Source of the DNA: an uncultured virus (IMG/VR IMGVR_UViG_3300042516_002158)
Lineage: Duplodnaviria; Heunggongvirae; Uroviricota; Caudoviricetes
Length of the DNA stretch: 64,000 nt
Reading direction: 5' to 3' (one strand)
Virus record (IMG/VR): IMGVR_UViG_3300042516_002158
Within the stretch, counting starts at the first letter, position 1. Each line of letters begins with the position of its first letter. This document shows, one piece after another, positions 48,130-58,937 of this stretch. The notes under the pieces are model-generated. The model was not told the origin of the DNA. It saw only the letters and a list, made by a program, of their open reading frames with translations, and made no database searches. The position numbers and the translations under genes are program-made.

Positions 48130-51100
48130 TTAGAATGAACCACCATCTATTGTTGTTTCTAATACTGTTATTCTATAATTACTTGCACTTACTGATGTTG
48201 CAAATGAACTACTATTGTTAGTAATATCAGTACTTTGAGTTGCATCAGTTAAGTATATTGAAGCACTTAATGCTGTCAAACTTGCTGCACTTGCACTAAA
48301 TGAAGTTGCTACTGAAGAACTAAAGTCACCAGTTACACTCGCTACGCTTGCACTTAAAGAACTTATACTTGCATTTGATGCAGATAATGAAGTTGCAAAT
48401 GAAGAACTATTATCAACGATAGTAAAATTACTAGCACTTGTTGAAGTTGCAAATGCTCCACTTACTTCACTTAAACTTGCACTTACTGAAGATATATATG
48501 CATTACTTGCAGAGAATGAAGTTGCTACTGAAGAACTAAAGTCACCGGTCACACTTGCTACACTTGCACTTAAACTTGCAATACTTGCGTTACTTGCAGA
48601 GAATGAAGTAGAAATTGCAGTGTCAAATGAACTAAATCCTGTTGTAGAACTTAAAGTAATTTGTGATGAACTACTTACTACACTATCACCTACTGCTAAT
48701 AATACTTTTGCTTCACTACCACTCTTACCCGCTATCCAGTAATCATTAGTTGTATCCCATAATAATGAACCACTAATTGTTGAAGGTGCAGTTGGATCTT
48801 TTACGATTAATCCAGCAAATGCTCCCGCTGTTCCATTTAATGAAAGAATATTATCACCTAAATCAATTGTAGTTGAATTAACAACTGATTGTGTACCTAT
48901 TACTCTTAAATCACCTAAAATTGTTACTGAAGAACCTGTTAATTCAAACGCTGCATCAAATGCTGATTGAGATGCTTCTAAAACTACAATTCTATCAGTT
49001 TGATTACTATCAGTTAAGTAAATACTTGCACTTAAATTTGATACAGAAAATGCACTTGCACTAAATGAAGTAGCTACTGAAGAACTAAAGTCACCAGTCA
49101 CACTTGCTACGCTTGCAGATAATGAAGTAATTGCTGCATTACTTGCAGAAGTAGAAGTTGCGAATGCACCACTTACTGAATTTAAATCAGAAGCTGCACT
49201 TGCAGAGAATGAAGTATATTCAGCTTTAGATGCACTAAATGAAGTTGCTACTGAAGAACTAAAGTCACCAGTTACACTTGCTACACTTGCACTCAATTGT
49301 GAAACGGTATATGCACTTGCACTAAATCTACTATCTACTGATTGAGAAAATGCTCCAATGTTTCCTACACCACTTATGTTAGATGCACTAAATTCGTTAG
49401 TTACTGTTGTTATACTAGCAGAAACTACTAATACGTTATTATTTATACCATCAGGTGATACTGAGAAATTTGCATTGTGAATATGAACACCACTACCAGT
49501 CGCTGTTAATCTTAATTCGTTTTCAGCTATGATATTAACGTTATTATCTATATTTCCTAATTCAATTTTACCTTGGTTTCCAGATATATGATTTGTTACT
49601 AAATCTTGACCAAATTGAATATATACTGAGCCACTTACGGTTACATCACCCAATATACCTTGTGAACCAGTGAATGAATTTGAACCAGTTGTTGCAAATG
49701 TTGTAGATTTAAATTCTTCTGCATCTAATCTACTATCTACTGATGTTGATAATGCTAATTGTGATGCGTTACTTGCTGATATTGCCGTTGCTGCACTTGC
49801 ACTAAATGATGTATATTCTGCATCACTAGCCGATATTGCGGTTGCAAATGAAGATGAATCTGAATAATAAGATTGTGTGAATGCTAAATAAGAAGCTGAA
49901 ATAGTTTCTAAATTTGCTACTCTTGTACCAATTTCACCACCACCACCTAATGAAGCTTCTAAAGTATCTAATCTACTATCAACTGATGTAGATAATGCTA
50001 ATTCTCTTGCATCACTTGCACTAATTGAAGTAGCAAATGCACCACTTACTGAATTTAAATCAGAAGCAGCACTTGCAGAGAATGAAGTATATTCAAATTT
50101 ACTTGCACTTAAAGAAGTTGCAACTGCACCACTTACAGAGTTTAATTCTGAAGCTGCACTAGCACTAAATAATGTGTATTCTGCTTTAGATGCTGAAGTT
50201 GATGTTGCAAATGCACCACTTACAGAGTTTAAATCTGAAGCTGCACTTGCTGAATTTACCGTTGCTGTGAAAGCACTTGCACTAAATGAAGTTGCTGCAC
50301 TTGCACTAAATGATGTGTATTCTGCTTTAGATGAACTAATTCTAGTATCAAATGAAGAAGAATCACTATAATATGATTGTGTGAAAGATAAATAAGAAGA
50401 AGAAATAGTTTCTAAATTTGCTACTCTAGTTCCTATTGAACCACCACCACCTAAAGATGTTTCTAATGTTGCAACTCTACTATCTACTGATTGAGAATAT
50501 AAAGTTACATTACCTATACCTGCTATTGTTGAAGAACTAATCTCACCACTTACATCTAAATCACCACTTACGATAATTGTAGATGCACTTTGTTCCATTA
50601 TAGAATCACCAATATGATCTTCTCCAACCGCAACCATAATTTTTCCAGCGGTTAAAGTTGCTTCATCACCTAACGAACCGGTGTTTTTAGGACCTGCTAT
50701 TAATATTGCTGAATTGTATCCTTCTCCACCCGCATTAGGATGTTCGTAAATCCATCTATTATTTAATGAATCCCACCATAATGAACCACTTGCACCAGCT
50801 CCACTACCACTATCTTGTACACTTACACCACCAAATCTAACTGCTGGAGTTGCTGTGTTTAAAATTACGGTGTTTGTACCAATTGATACTGCACTAGCTG
50901 TAATATTTTGTAGTGAAGAAGAACCTTGTACTACTAAATCATTTGTAATATACATTGATCCAGTAATAACTTGAGTTCCAAAGAATGTATTTGAACCAGT
51001 TGTTGCGTAAGTTGCATTTACTGCAGCTTGTGAAGAACTGAAAGAATTAAATTGTGTTGCTGCACTCGCACTAAATGATGTGTATTCTGCTTTAGAAGCT

Positions 51101-51864
51101 GAATCAGTTGTTGCTAATGAAGAACTTAAATTTGAAATTGTACTTGCTACTGAAGAACTTAATTCAGTTTGTGATGCTGCACTTGCACTAAATGAAGTAG
51201 CTACTGAAGAACTAAAGTCACCAGTCACACTTGCTACACTTGCACTTAAACTTGCAATACTTGCGTTACTTGCAGAAGTAGATGTTGCAAAAGCACCACT
51301 AATATTAGATACACTTGAACTTAAATTTGTGATTGATGTTTGTGTTTCACCAATAGATGATGTCAAACTACCACTTAATGAATTTAAATCACTTGCTACA
51401 CTTGCACTTAATTGAGAAACCGTAAATGCACTTGCACTAAATGAAGTTGCTACACTACTACTAAAATCACCAGTTACACTTGCTATACTTGCATTACTTG
51501 CACTAAAAGAAGTCGCAACTGATGCACTAAATGTACTAATGTTACCTGTTAAATCAGGAGTTGTATTACCATCGGCACCTAATAAGAATAATGTGTTACT
51601 ACTACTTGCATAGAAAGGAACACCATCCATTAAATTACCATAAGATGAAGCTGAGAATATAGGAGCTACTGCACCTTGTAATACTCTGTTTGCAGCTACT
51701 ACTGAACCACTCTCTACTGCTGCAAATACTAAGCCTTGTCCGTTAGTTACATCTGTTAATTTACTTGAACCGGTAGCTATTAATATCTCACCTTTCTGAA
51801 GTGAGCCGGTTGCTGAAGATAGTCTGTCTAAACTACCACGTCTATTTTTAATGATTTGTGCCAT
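48130..51864 (-). CDS. Very Ser/Ala-rich long fibre protein
   Basis: Repeats SASVASVTGDFSSSVATSFSAS; ends IDGGSF. Confidence 0.8.
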   Translation of the reverse strand: MAQIIKNRRGSLDRLSSATGSLQKGEILIATGSSKLTDVTNGQGLVFAAVESGSVVAANRVLQGAVAPIFSASSYGNLMDGVPFYASSSNTLFLLGADGNTTPDLTGNISTFSASVATSFSASNASIASVTGDFSSSVATSFSASAFTVSQLSASVASDLNSLSGSLTSSIGETQTSITNLSSSVSNISGAFATSTSASNASIASLSASVASVTGDFSSSVATSFSASAASQTELSSSVASTISNLSSSLATTDSASKAEYTSFSASAATQFNSFSSSQAAVNATYATTGSNTFFGTQVITGSMYITNDLVVQGSSSLQNITASAVSIGTNTVILNTATPAVRFGGVSVQDSGSGAGASGSLWWDSLNNRWIYEHPNAGGEGYNSAILIAGPKNTGSLGDEATLTAGKIMVAVGEDHIGDSIMEQSASTIIVSGDLDVSGEISSSTIAGIGNVTLYSQSVDSRVATLETSLGGGGSIGTRVANLETISSSYLSFTQSYYSDSSSFDTRISSSKAEYTSFSASAATSFSASAFTATVNSASAASDLNSVSGAFATSTSASKAEYTLFSASAASELNSVSGAVATSLSASKFEYTSFSASAASDLNSVSGAFATSISASDARELALSTSVDSRLDTLEASLGGGGEIGTRVANLETISASYLAFTQSYYSDSSSFATAISASDAEYTSFSASAATAISASNASQLALSTSVDSRLDAEEFKSTTFATTGSNSFTGSQGILGDVTVSGSVYIQFGQDLVTNHISGNQGKIELGNIDNNVNIIAENELRLTATGSGVHIHNANFSVSPDGINNNVLVVSASITTVTNEFSASNISGVGNIGAFSQSVDSRFSASAYTVSQLSASVASVTGDFSSSVATSFSASKAEYTSFSASAASDLNSVSGAFATSTSASNAAITSLSASVASVTGDFSSSVATSFSASAFSVSNLSASIYLTDSNQTDRIVVLEASQSAFDAAFELTGSSVTILGDLRVIGTQSVVNSTTIDLGDNILSLNGTAGAFAGLIVKDPTAPSTISGSLLWDTTNDYWIAGKSGSEAKVLLAVGDSVVSSSSQITLSSTTGFSSFDTAISTSFSASNASIASLSASVASVTGDFSSSVATSFSASNAYISSVSASLSEVSGAFATSTSASNFTIVDNSSSFATSLSASNASISSLSASVASVTGDFSSSVATSFSASAASLTALSASIYLTDATQSTDITNNSSSFATSVSASNYRITVLETTIDGGSF

Positions 51865-51963
51865 AATTTATATTGGGGTTACTCCTTTACTGATAATAAA
51901 TAGTAAAATTTACTATTAATCATAAAGTTTTTTGAATATTTTTTTGTTTTTTTTGAATTAATT

Positions 51964-52353
51964 CTACCACTCTCCACCATCCGCTACTGATGACGTTACA
52001 AACACCTCATAATCGGTTGCAAATTCAGTATCTACCGTTGTTGCCATTGAAGAACCTGATGTGAAGTTTGCGTTAAATATATCAATAACTTGTTGTGAAG
52101 ATGATATTACACCGGCTGGTAAGTTTGAAGTTACTGCACCGATTTGTAATTGTGTCCAACCATTTGGATTTCCTACATTTGCCGTATCTGTTAATACCCA
52201 CATTGTAGAATCATCTTGTTGGAAAACAATTAATCCCTTATATACATTTGCTAAAGATAAGCCATAACGGGCCGATTGATTAGCTAATGCAAATCTTGCA
52301 TCAACAGGCTCACTATTCGTTATGTTAAAACCACCAGGTAATATAATTGCCAT
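51964..52353 (-). CDS. Fibre-associated structural protein
   Basis: PVDAR; ends FATDYEV...DGGEW. Confidence 0.7.
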   Translation of the reverse strand: MAIILPGGFNITNSEPVDARFALANQSARYGLSLANVYKGLIVFQQDDSTMWVLTDTANVGNPNGWTQLQIGAVTSNLPAGVISSSQQVIDIFNANFTSGSSMATTVDTEFATDYEVFVTSSVADGGEW

Positions 52354-52368
52354 TTCTTATCTTTCTAT

Positions 52369-54366
52369 TTATGTTAAAATATATGTTATACTACTTCCTG
52401 CACCACCTGCATTCAAAAGAGTTGTTCTATAAACTTTATATTGACCAACCGTTGTTAGTGTAAATTGTCCCAATACTGCAAACCCACTTGTCGTAATACC
52501 CGTTAGATTTGGTCTTGCCGAATCAAATACTATATAAAGATACTTATCACCTGTCCAACTAATTGTTAGAGTTTGTCCACTTGCAGTTGTTGTTCCTTTT
52601 ACAATCGTTCCTATTGTTCCACCTATTGTAGTATCCCATGCACCAATGTTTTCTAATTCAGTTGCAGTAAATGAGTCTGCTGCACTCGCTCCGTGTCTTA
52701 AACTTCTAATCTTTGTATATGTAGTAGTTGCAGTTGATGTTGTTGTTAAATCAGGACTATTATCACCCGTTGGAGATGCATAGTTTGCAGTTGCAGTTAT
52801 ACTAATAGAAGTAGAACCTGTTGCAGAACCCGTTATATAATAAGGTGATGGTACATTTGATGTCACACTTGTCAAATTCCAACTATTAGAAGGATTTGCA
52901 GATGATGATGTGAATGTAATACTACCAGTTGCACCTTGTTCAATTTGATTTGATGTTGAACCTAATTGTACTACTACGGAACGTTCAGTTGTTGGTGCTG
53001 CTGGATTAGTTTTAGAAAGTGTACCAGTTGTTGTAGTTGATGTTTTATACAATGTTCCATCTAATGGTGAACTTGCTGTATATTGTAATTGATAAGTATG
53101 TGAACCACTCGTTGTTGTATTATATGATAATGATGTTCCACTACCAACTTCCGTTAATAATGTAGAACCCTCATATAAAGATGCACTTATTAATGTATAT
53201 CCTTGATTATTCCAAGTACCATTAACCGTATAGTTATCGGTTACTTTATTAAATCTATCAGTTACAAATCCAGTTAAAGATGCTGCTACTGAAGATGGTT
53301 GTGTTGGTGTTCCAAAAATAAATTTAAGAACTCCATTTGTAAATGTTACTGCTGTATTATTATCAAAATCCGCAACCTCAATTCCTGTTAATTGCTCAAT
53401 ACTATTAGTTACATAATTAATAAAACCACTACTTTGAGATAATGCTGCTAATGATGTTGCTATTGAAGAACTTATAAATGATTGTGATGCTGATATAGAT
53501 TGACTAATTACACTAACTGCTATATCTGTTGCAAATGTATCATCTAATGAAGAACTAAATTCTTCCAATGCATCTAATCTACTATCTACCGAAGTACTAA
53601 ATGTTGTATTTAAATAAGATGATGTAGCTTCGGTCAAATCCAATCTACTATCTACTGATGTACTTAAATTTGTAATTGTTGTTGCAAATGATGAACTTAA
53701 ATTTTCAAATCCACTTGCTAACGAAGAACTAATAGATGCACTTAAATATGATTCCGATGCTGATATTGCTTGGCTTACGGCTGATACTGCTATATCAGTT
53801 GCAAATGTTGCATCCAATGAAGCACTAAATGCTTCTAATGCTGCCGTACTTGCACTAAATGAAGTTGCTACTGAACTACTTAATATATTTATTGTTCCAC
53901 TAACCGATGCACTTAATGCTGCTAATGCCGCTGCACTTGCACTAAACGAAGTTGCTACACTACTACTAAAATCTCCAGTTACACTTGTTATACTTGCGTT
54001 ACTTGCACTAAATGCCAACGCTACCGATGCACTAAAATTAGAAATGTTACCTTCTAAATTTATTACTTCGTTACCACTACTATTTAATAATACTAATGAG
54101 TTTGAACCACTTGCATAAAATGGAATACCATCTATTATACCAATATATTGTGATGCCGTTAATTGTGGTGCAACATCACCTTTCATTACTCTATTAACCG
54201 CTTGTATAGAACCACTTTCAACGGTTACAAATGTAATAGAAGAACCATTATTTGCTGAGATATTCGATGAACCTGATGCAAATATAACCTCACCTTTTTG
54301 TAAAGAACCAGTTATAGTAGATAGTCTTTCTAAACTACCACGCTTTAATTTTAATATTTGACTCAT
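52369..54366 (-). CDS. Ser/Thr-rich fibre protein
   Basis: N-terminus paralogous to 48130-51864; Thr-rich beta C-terminus. Confidence 0.75.
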   Translation of the reverse strand: MSQILKLKRGSLERLSTITGSLQKGEVIFASGSSNISANNGSSITFVTVESGSIQAVNRVMKGDVAPQLTASQYIGIIDGIPFYASGSNSLVLLNSSGNEVINLEGNISNFSASVALAFSASNASITSVTGDFSSSVATSFSASAAALAALSASVSGTINILSSSVATSFSASTAALEAFSASLDATFATDIAVSAVSQAISASESYLSASISSSLASGFENLSSSFATTITNLSTSVDSRLDLTEATSSYLNTTFSTSVDSRLDALEEFSSSLDDTFATDIAVSVISQSISASQSFISSSIATSLAALSQSSGFINYVTNSIEQLTGIEVADFDNNTAVTFTNGVLKFIFGTPTQPSSVAASLTGFVTDRFNKVTDNYTVNGTWNNQGYTLISASLYEGSTLLTEVGSGTSLSYNTTTSGSHTYQLQYTASSPLDGTLYKTSTTTTGTLSKTNPAAPTTERSVVVQLGSTSNQIEQGATGSITFTSSSANPSNSWNLTSVTSNVPSPYYITGSATGSTSISITATANYASPTGDNSPDLTTTSTATTTYTKIRSLRHGASAADSFTATELENIGAWDTTIGGTIGTIVKGTTTASGQTLTISWTGDKYLYIVFDSARPNLTGITTSGFAVLGQFTLTTVGQYKVYRTTLLNAGGAGSSITYILT

Positions 54367-54406
54367 CTATGTATCTATGTTATTATTAAGGTATTATATA
54401 TAAGTA

Positions 54407-54859
54407 TTAAAATTCCCCTTGATCAATTATTTGAGAAGAAGTAATATAAACTTCGTAATCTGTTGCGTATATATCGTTTAATGAAGAACTAAATTGATTA
54501 AATGTTGTTGAACTTGCACTAAATGATTGAGATACTGATTGTGTATATGAATTGAATGAACCGGTAGTTACATATGTTTGAGAAAGTATTCCAATTGTTT
54601 GTGCTAATGATGCACTTACTACATGTCTTTCTAAATCACTACTCATTGAAGTATCTAATTGAACTACAAATGCATCATATCCACTTGCATCATTTAGATT
54701 AACCTGTATAGATGATGATACTACACCTTCTGGTAAAGTTCCTGCTACATTATCTTGTATTATATCAATTACCGATTGTGAAAAATCAGCACCAACTCCC
54801 GCTGCTAATTCCAACGATGAACCACTCTCTATTTGTTTTAATCTTATTAAACTTGCCAT
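54407..54859 (-). CDS. Fibre-associated structural protein
   Basis: Ends YATDYEV...DQGEF. Confidence 0.7.
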   Translation of the reverse strand: MASLIRLKQIESGSSLELAAGVGADFSQSVIDIIQDNVAGTLPEGVVSSSIQVNLNDASGYDAFVVQLDTSMSSDLERHVVSASLAQTIGILSQTYVTTGSFNSYTQSVSQSFSASSTTFNQFSSSLNDIYATDYEVYITSSQIIDQGEF

Positions 54860-54908
54860 TATTTATAAATATCTTAATATAATCTTTCTATTGAAATCAT
54901 TTTATTGT

Positions 54909-56390
54909 TTATTCACCTACCCATCTTGCTTGAAACCAAGACCTTCCTTCGTATTGCGATCTTGAATTAGCCGCTCCACCAACATTTACAACGTTTATGA
55001 AATCAGTTGAACCATTTAGATACACAATTTTTGTTACCTGTTGAGACACCGCACCAAAAGCACCAGCAGTAACAACAATTCCATTATTTTTCTTAATTGC
55101 CATAGCCGCTTCACTATTTCTATATACATCATAGGCTGCAGTAATTTCCCAATAACCAGCCTTCTGCGGAGTAAATGTATAAGTTGAAGTATTAAACCAA
55201 CTACTTGATACATTAACCGTATTATTCACAACACTATATCTACAAGGGTCTTCAATAAATGAATCCGGTAAGGTATAAGTAACATTTGCGTATGCTTCAA
55301 GTAAATAAAGAGTTGGTGTTGTGGAAATACTACTACTTAATGCGTATCTTGTATCAAATGAGGATGTTAATTGAGATGAACCACTAACTAATCCATCCGG
55401 TAATTGTGTCGAACTACTATAAATCCCACTACCATTTAATACTTGTGCCGAAGAACTTATTGCTCCGTTTAATGAAGTTAAGTAAGATGATGTTGCGTTT
55501 TCTAAACCATCTATTCTACTATCAAATGATGCACTTGCACTATAATAACTTTGTGTAAATGAATTAAAAGATTCGGTTGTTACTAAATTACCAACTCTCA
55601 GTATATTAGCTCCATTAGGTGCACTTAAAGTACCATCTAATCCAAAAACCCAAGGACCTGCACTACTAACCTCAGTTGATGTTTCAATTTGAAATTCTCT
55701 ACCCGCCACAGGTTTAATACCAACCATACCAGTTCCTCTGTCTGAATTAAAGGTAATGTTTGGTATTCTAGTCTTACCATTTGAATCAAAACTCCAAGAA
55801 TATCCATTATTTTTAATATCCAATCCACCACTAATATATGTAGAACCACTAATTGTTTGATTTCCTATAAAAGTATTTGAAGCCGTTGTTGCTAATGTAC
55901 TAAAATCAATTGTTCCAACACTACCACTAATAACACTAAATGATTGTGATATTGAATTGAAAGATTGTGTTAAACTATTGAATGAAGTTATAGTAGTGTA
56001 TGAACCTGTTACAAATCCTAAATCTGAAATTTGCGTTGATGAACTTACAATATTGTTTGGTTTATTTGCAATATTATCCCAAGTTGTTTGTGTTATTGAA
56101 CCACTCAAAACATATCTATTATCTGCTGAACTACTAAAACTTTCTAATCCATCTAATCTACTATCTACCGAAGTTGATAATGCATTAAAAGATGCTGTTG
56201 TAGCTAATGTATTAATTGTATCACTTACTGCGTTAACAACTAAATCAGATGCAAATGTTGTATCTAATGAAGAAGTTAATCTATTGATAGGAATTTTAAA
56301 AGTAGTATTATCATATACACCTGCTACATACGTTGTATCTAATGTTGCTATATCTAACTCAGGTAATTCTGAAATTTTAATTCTTGCCAT
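54909..56390 (-). CDS. Fibre protein with C1q-like C-terminal domain
   Basis: IKISELP start; YTFTPQKAGYWEI...IVYLNG. Confidence 0.7.
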   Translation of the reverse strand: MARIKISELPELDIATLDTTYVAGVYDNTTFKIPINRLTSSLDTTFASDLVVNAVSDTINTLATTASFNALSTSVDSRLDGLESFSSSADNRYVLSGSITQTTWDNIANKPNNIVSSSTQISDLGFVTGSYTTITSFNSLTQSFNSISQSFSVISGSVGTIDFSTLATTASNTFIGNQTISGSTYISGGLDIKNNGYSWSFDSNGKTRIPNITFNSDRGTGMVGIKPVAGREFQIETSTEVSSAGPWVFGLDGTLSAPNGANILRVGNLVTTESFNSFTQSYYSASASFDSRIDGLENATSSYLTSLNGAISSSAQVLNGSGIYSSSTQLPDGLVSGSSQLTSSFDTRYALSSSISTTPTLYLLEAYANVTYTLPDSFIEDPCRYSVVNNTVNVSSSWFNTSTYTFTPQKAGYWEITAAYDVYRNSEAAMAIKKNNGIVVTAGAFGAVSQQVTKIVYLNGSTDFINVVNVGGAANSRSQYEGRSWFQARWVGE

Positions 56391-56391
56391 T

Positions 56392-57036
56392 TTAGTTTAT
56401 TATATCCTTTCCGTTTTCTGTTATTAACCAATCTTCTTCACCATCTCCATCTACATCACCTGCTCCCAATAATATTGGATCAAATTTTGAAACTATTTCA
56501 AAATTATTTTCATCAAAATTATCATCTACTGCTTCACTTTTTTGAATAGTAATTATGATATTTTCACCTAAATTAACACTATATGTATCTACATCTACTT
56601 TCAATCCGTTACAATAAATATCAAAATCTTTTGCAGTTGGTGTTTCTATACCACTTAATATTTTATAAGATGTTATTGTTAAAATATATTGATTATTAGG
56701 AATATCATCTTTTAATAAATTAGGATGTATTCCTAATTCATTATTTGCGAAGTTCATCATTTGTATTCTAAAATCATTTACTTTACCAATATCTCTTTTT
56801 TGAACATTTACAATTGGTTTAGATTTTGTTTTAGATGTAATTTTTGGTGTTTCTGGTTTAGTATTAAATCTTACTAAATTAGTATGAAATGTTAAATCAG
56901 TTTGTCTTTCAATACTACGTTGTTCTAATGTTCCAGAAATAGGTGTGCTACCACTTATATCAGACAGTACTTTTTCTCTAACGTAATTTATTAGTTTTTG
57001 GTTTTTAAGAACTGATATATTAGGTCTTTGTTTCAT
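56392..57036 (-). CDS. Hypothetical structural protein
   Basis: Ends WLITENGKDII. Confidence 0.65.
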   Translation of the reverse strand: MKQRPNISVLKNQKLINYVREKVLSDISGSTPISGTLEQRSIERQTDLTFHTNLVRFNTKPETPKITSKTKSKPIVNVQKRDIGKVNDFRIQMMNFANNELGIHPNLLKDDIPNNQYILTITSYKILSGIETPTAKDFDIYCNGLKVDVDTYSVNLGENIIITIQKSEAVDDNFDENNFEIVSKFDPILLGAGDVDGDGEEDWLITENGKDIIN

Positions 57037-57395
57037 TATTTACTAAAAGTTCCTGTTACTTGTAAATCATCGTTTTCATCAATATATGGAACAATTATTG
57101 TGCGTGCTTCATCGGCATATAAAATTGGAAAATTTTCTCTAGGTAATGTAAATCTTACTGAATTGCCATAATTACTAACACTATAATCGTAACTACCAAT
57201 GTTTTGTTGGTTTATATCTAACTGAATACTGGATGTTCTTGCTTTCACAACTTTCTTCATATTTTTATCGATGATATCTTTTGGTAATTTATATCCCTTA
57301 AGTTCATAAATATAATCCGTTGCAGTAGTTTCTACATATTCTAGTTTTGCATTTCTTACTGAAACGTATGGTAATATATGTTGTAATATTCCCAT
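57036..57395 (-). CDS. Hypothetical structural protein
   Basis: Translationally coupled on both sides. Confidence 0.65.
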   Translation of the reverse strand: MGILQHILPYVSVRNAKLEYVETTATDYIYELKGYKLPKDIIDKNMKKVVKARTSSIQLDINQQNIGSYDYSVSNYGNSVRFTLPRENFPILYADEARTIIVPYIDENDDLQVTGTFSK

Positions 57396-58474
57396 TATAA
57401 TAATTGAAATTTACCTGCAATATGAACTTCATCATCATTATCTAATGGTGTAGTTGGATTCATATTATTATTAAATGTTATCGTTATTGTGGTTGCAGTA
57501 TATGTTAGTGCATAATAATTTTTAGAATATTTAACACCATTTACATATACTTTAATAGTATCTTGTACTAATAATTCTAATTCCGCCGGTGGTTGTATCA
57601 CTTTTACATTACTAAATGTAACCACATACCCAATTGGATTAGATTCTACTTTTGTATTATTAATTTCTAAATAATCATACAATATTCTATTTGCATTATA
57701 ATCATTCGTAGATATAGTGCTACTTGCACCACCACTCACATCCGTTTCTAAAGTTGTAATAACAGCTCTTGTTGAAATAGATTTTTTGATTGTACTCTCA
57801 TTATCAAATCTTTCAGGAAGTAAATATGCTTTAACCAACATTGTAAAAGTTGTTCTAATCAATCTTTCATTTGTATCAGTTAATTCTTGAGTTGGTTCAA
57901 ACGAATCTATAATTACTTTAAATTTAAACTTATTTTTATCTCCCCAATATTCATCACCGGCCCATTTGAATGCTTCTACCACCGTATTCATATGTTCAGT
58001 ATAGTTCGTCCATACCATTACTTCATAACTAATATCTACATAATCTGGCATTGTTATATCATACAATTCTTTTCTAGGTTTAAAGTTGTTTAAAATAGAA
58101 AATTTATCATACCTATTTTTTGCACTATATGTTCTGTATGTAGGGTAACTCAATAAACGATTTGGCATTTCCATTGCATCGTTTCTTTCTAAAGTTGTTC
58201 TTTTATACATTATTAAAGGTAATTGTAATTTACCTCTTTTATCTCTATACACACCATCAACTTGTGCAGATTTCCATCTTTCTGCATTACCATACATAAT
58301 AGGAATTTTTATCTCACTACCATCTAATGTAAGTTTTGGAACAACCACATCATTCATATACTCAAATATAGCAGTATCAATATCATAAAGTTTAATTCCT
58401 TTATGTAAGGTTTCACCCTGTCTTGGTAACTGCTCCGCTCTATTTAGTGGTTTTCTAAGTGGATTTTCTGCCAT
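57395..58474 (-). CDS. Tail terminator / sheath stabilizer (gp15-like)
   Basis: IPIMYG..ERW, LPLI, PDYVDISYEV; order after neck genes. Confidence 0.65.
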   Translation of the reverse strand: MAENPLRKPLNRAEQLPRQGETLHKGIKLYDIDTAIFEYMNDVVVPKLTLDGSEIKIPIMYGNAERWKSAQVDGVYRDKRGKLQLPLIMYKRTTLERNDAMEMPNRLLSYPTYRTYSAKNRYDKFSILNNFKPRKELYDITMPDYVDISYEVMVWTNYTEHMNTVVEAFKWAGDEYWGDKNKFKFKVIIDSFEPTQELTDTNERLIRTTFTMLVKAYLLPERFDNESTIKKSISTRAVITTLETDVSGGASSTISTNDYNANRILYDYLEINNTKVESNPIGYVVTFSNVKVIQPPAELELLVQDTIKVYVNGVKYSKNYYALTYTATTITITFNNNMNPTTPLDNDDEVHIAGKFQLL

Positions 58475-58932
58475 TATATATTCCTAGGTTCTATGTTTAA
58501 TTGTGATTTTCTCATTAAGAAAGTATTACAAGTTATACCAAAATTATTTGATGCTTGTCCACCTACTAATTGAGATGCATTTGTATTTGTAATTTCATAA
58601 TAGCCATCTACGAATTGTATAACATCTCCAATTTCAGGCATTATATCTTTTACAATACAGGTATCTTGGTTAAATCTAAATGTTACTTCTTGAACTGTAT
58701 CTTGTCCTAAACCACTTTCATAATCTACATTTTCATCATTATATTCAACCATAGCAAATATTGAAACACCATCATAATAAGATTTATCTAATGATTCTCC
58801 ATATAAATTAACTTTACTATTTTGTGCTATAAGTTTAAATACAAACACTTGAGTTTGCACAACTGCATCTACCAATTCTCTACTGATATTTTGGAAAAAA
58901 TTATAATCTCTCGGTGCTACAAATCTTGGCAT
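58474..58932 (-). CDS. Neck / head-closure protein (gp14-like)
   Basis: NLYGES, PEIGDVI; gene order. Confidence 0.65.
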   Translation of the reverse strand: MPRFVAPRDYNFFQNISRELVDAVVQTQVFVFKLIAQNSKVNLYGESLDKSYYDGVSIFAMVEYNDENVDYESGLGQDTVQEVTFRFNQDTCIVKDIMPEIGDVIQFVDGYYEITNTNASQLVGGQASNNFGITCNTFLMRKSQLNIEPRNI

Positions 58933-58937
58933 CTATC

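Noticed and set aside
36673..56390. Diversity-generating retroelement acting on fibres
   Set aside because: No reverse transcriptase and no TR/VR pair with adenine-specific differences seen in this window.
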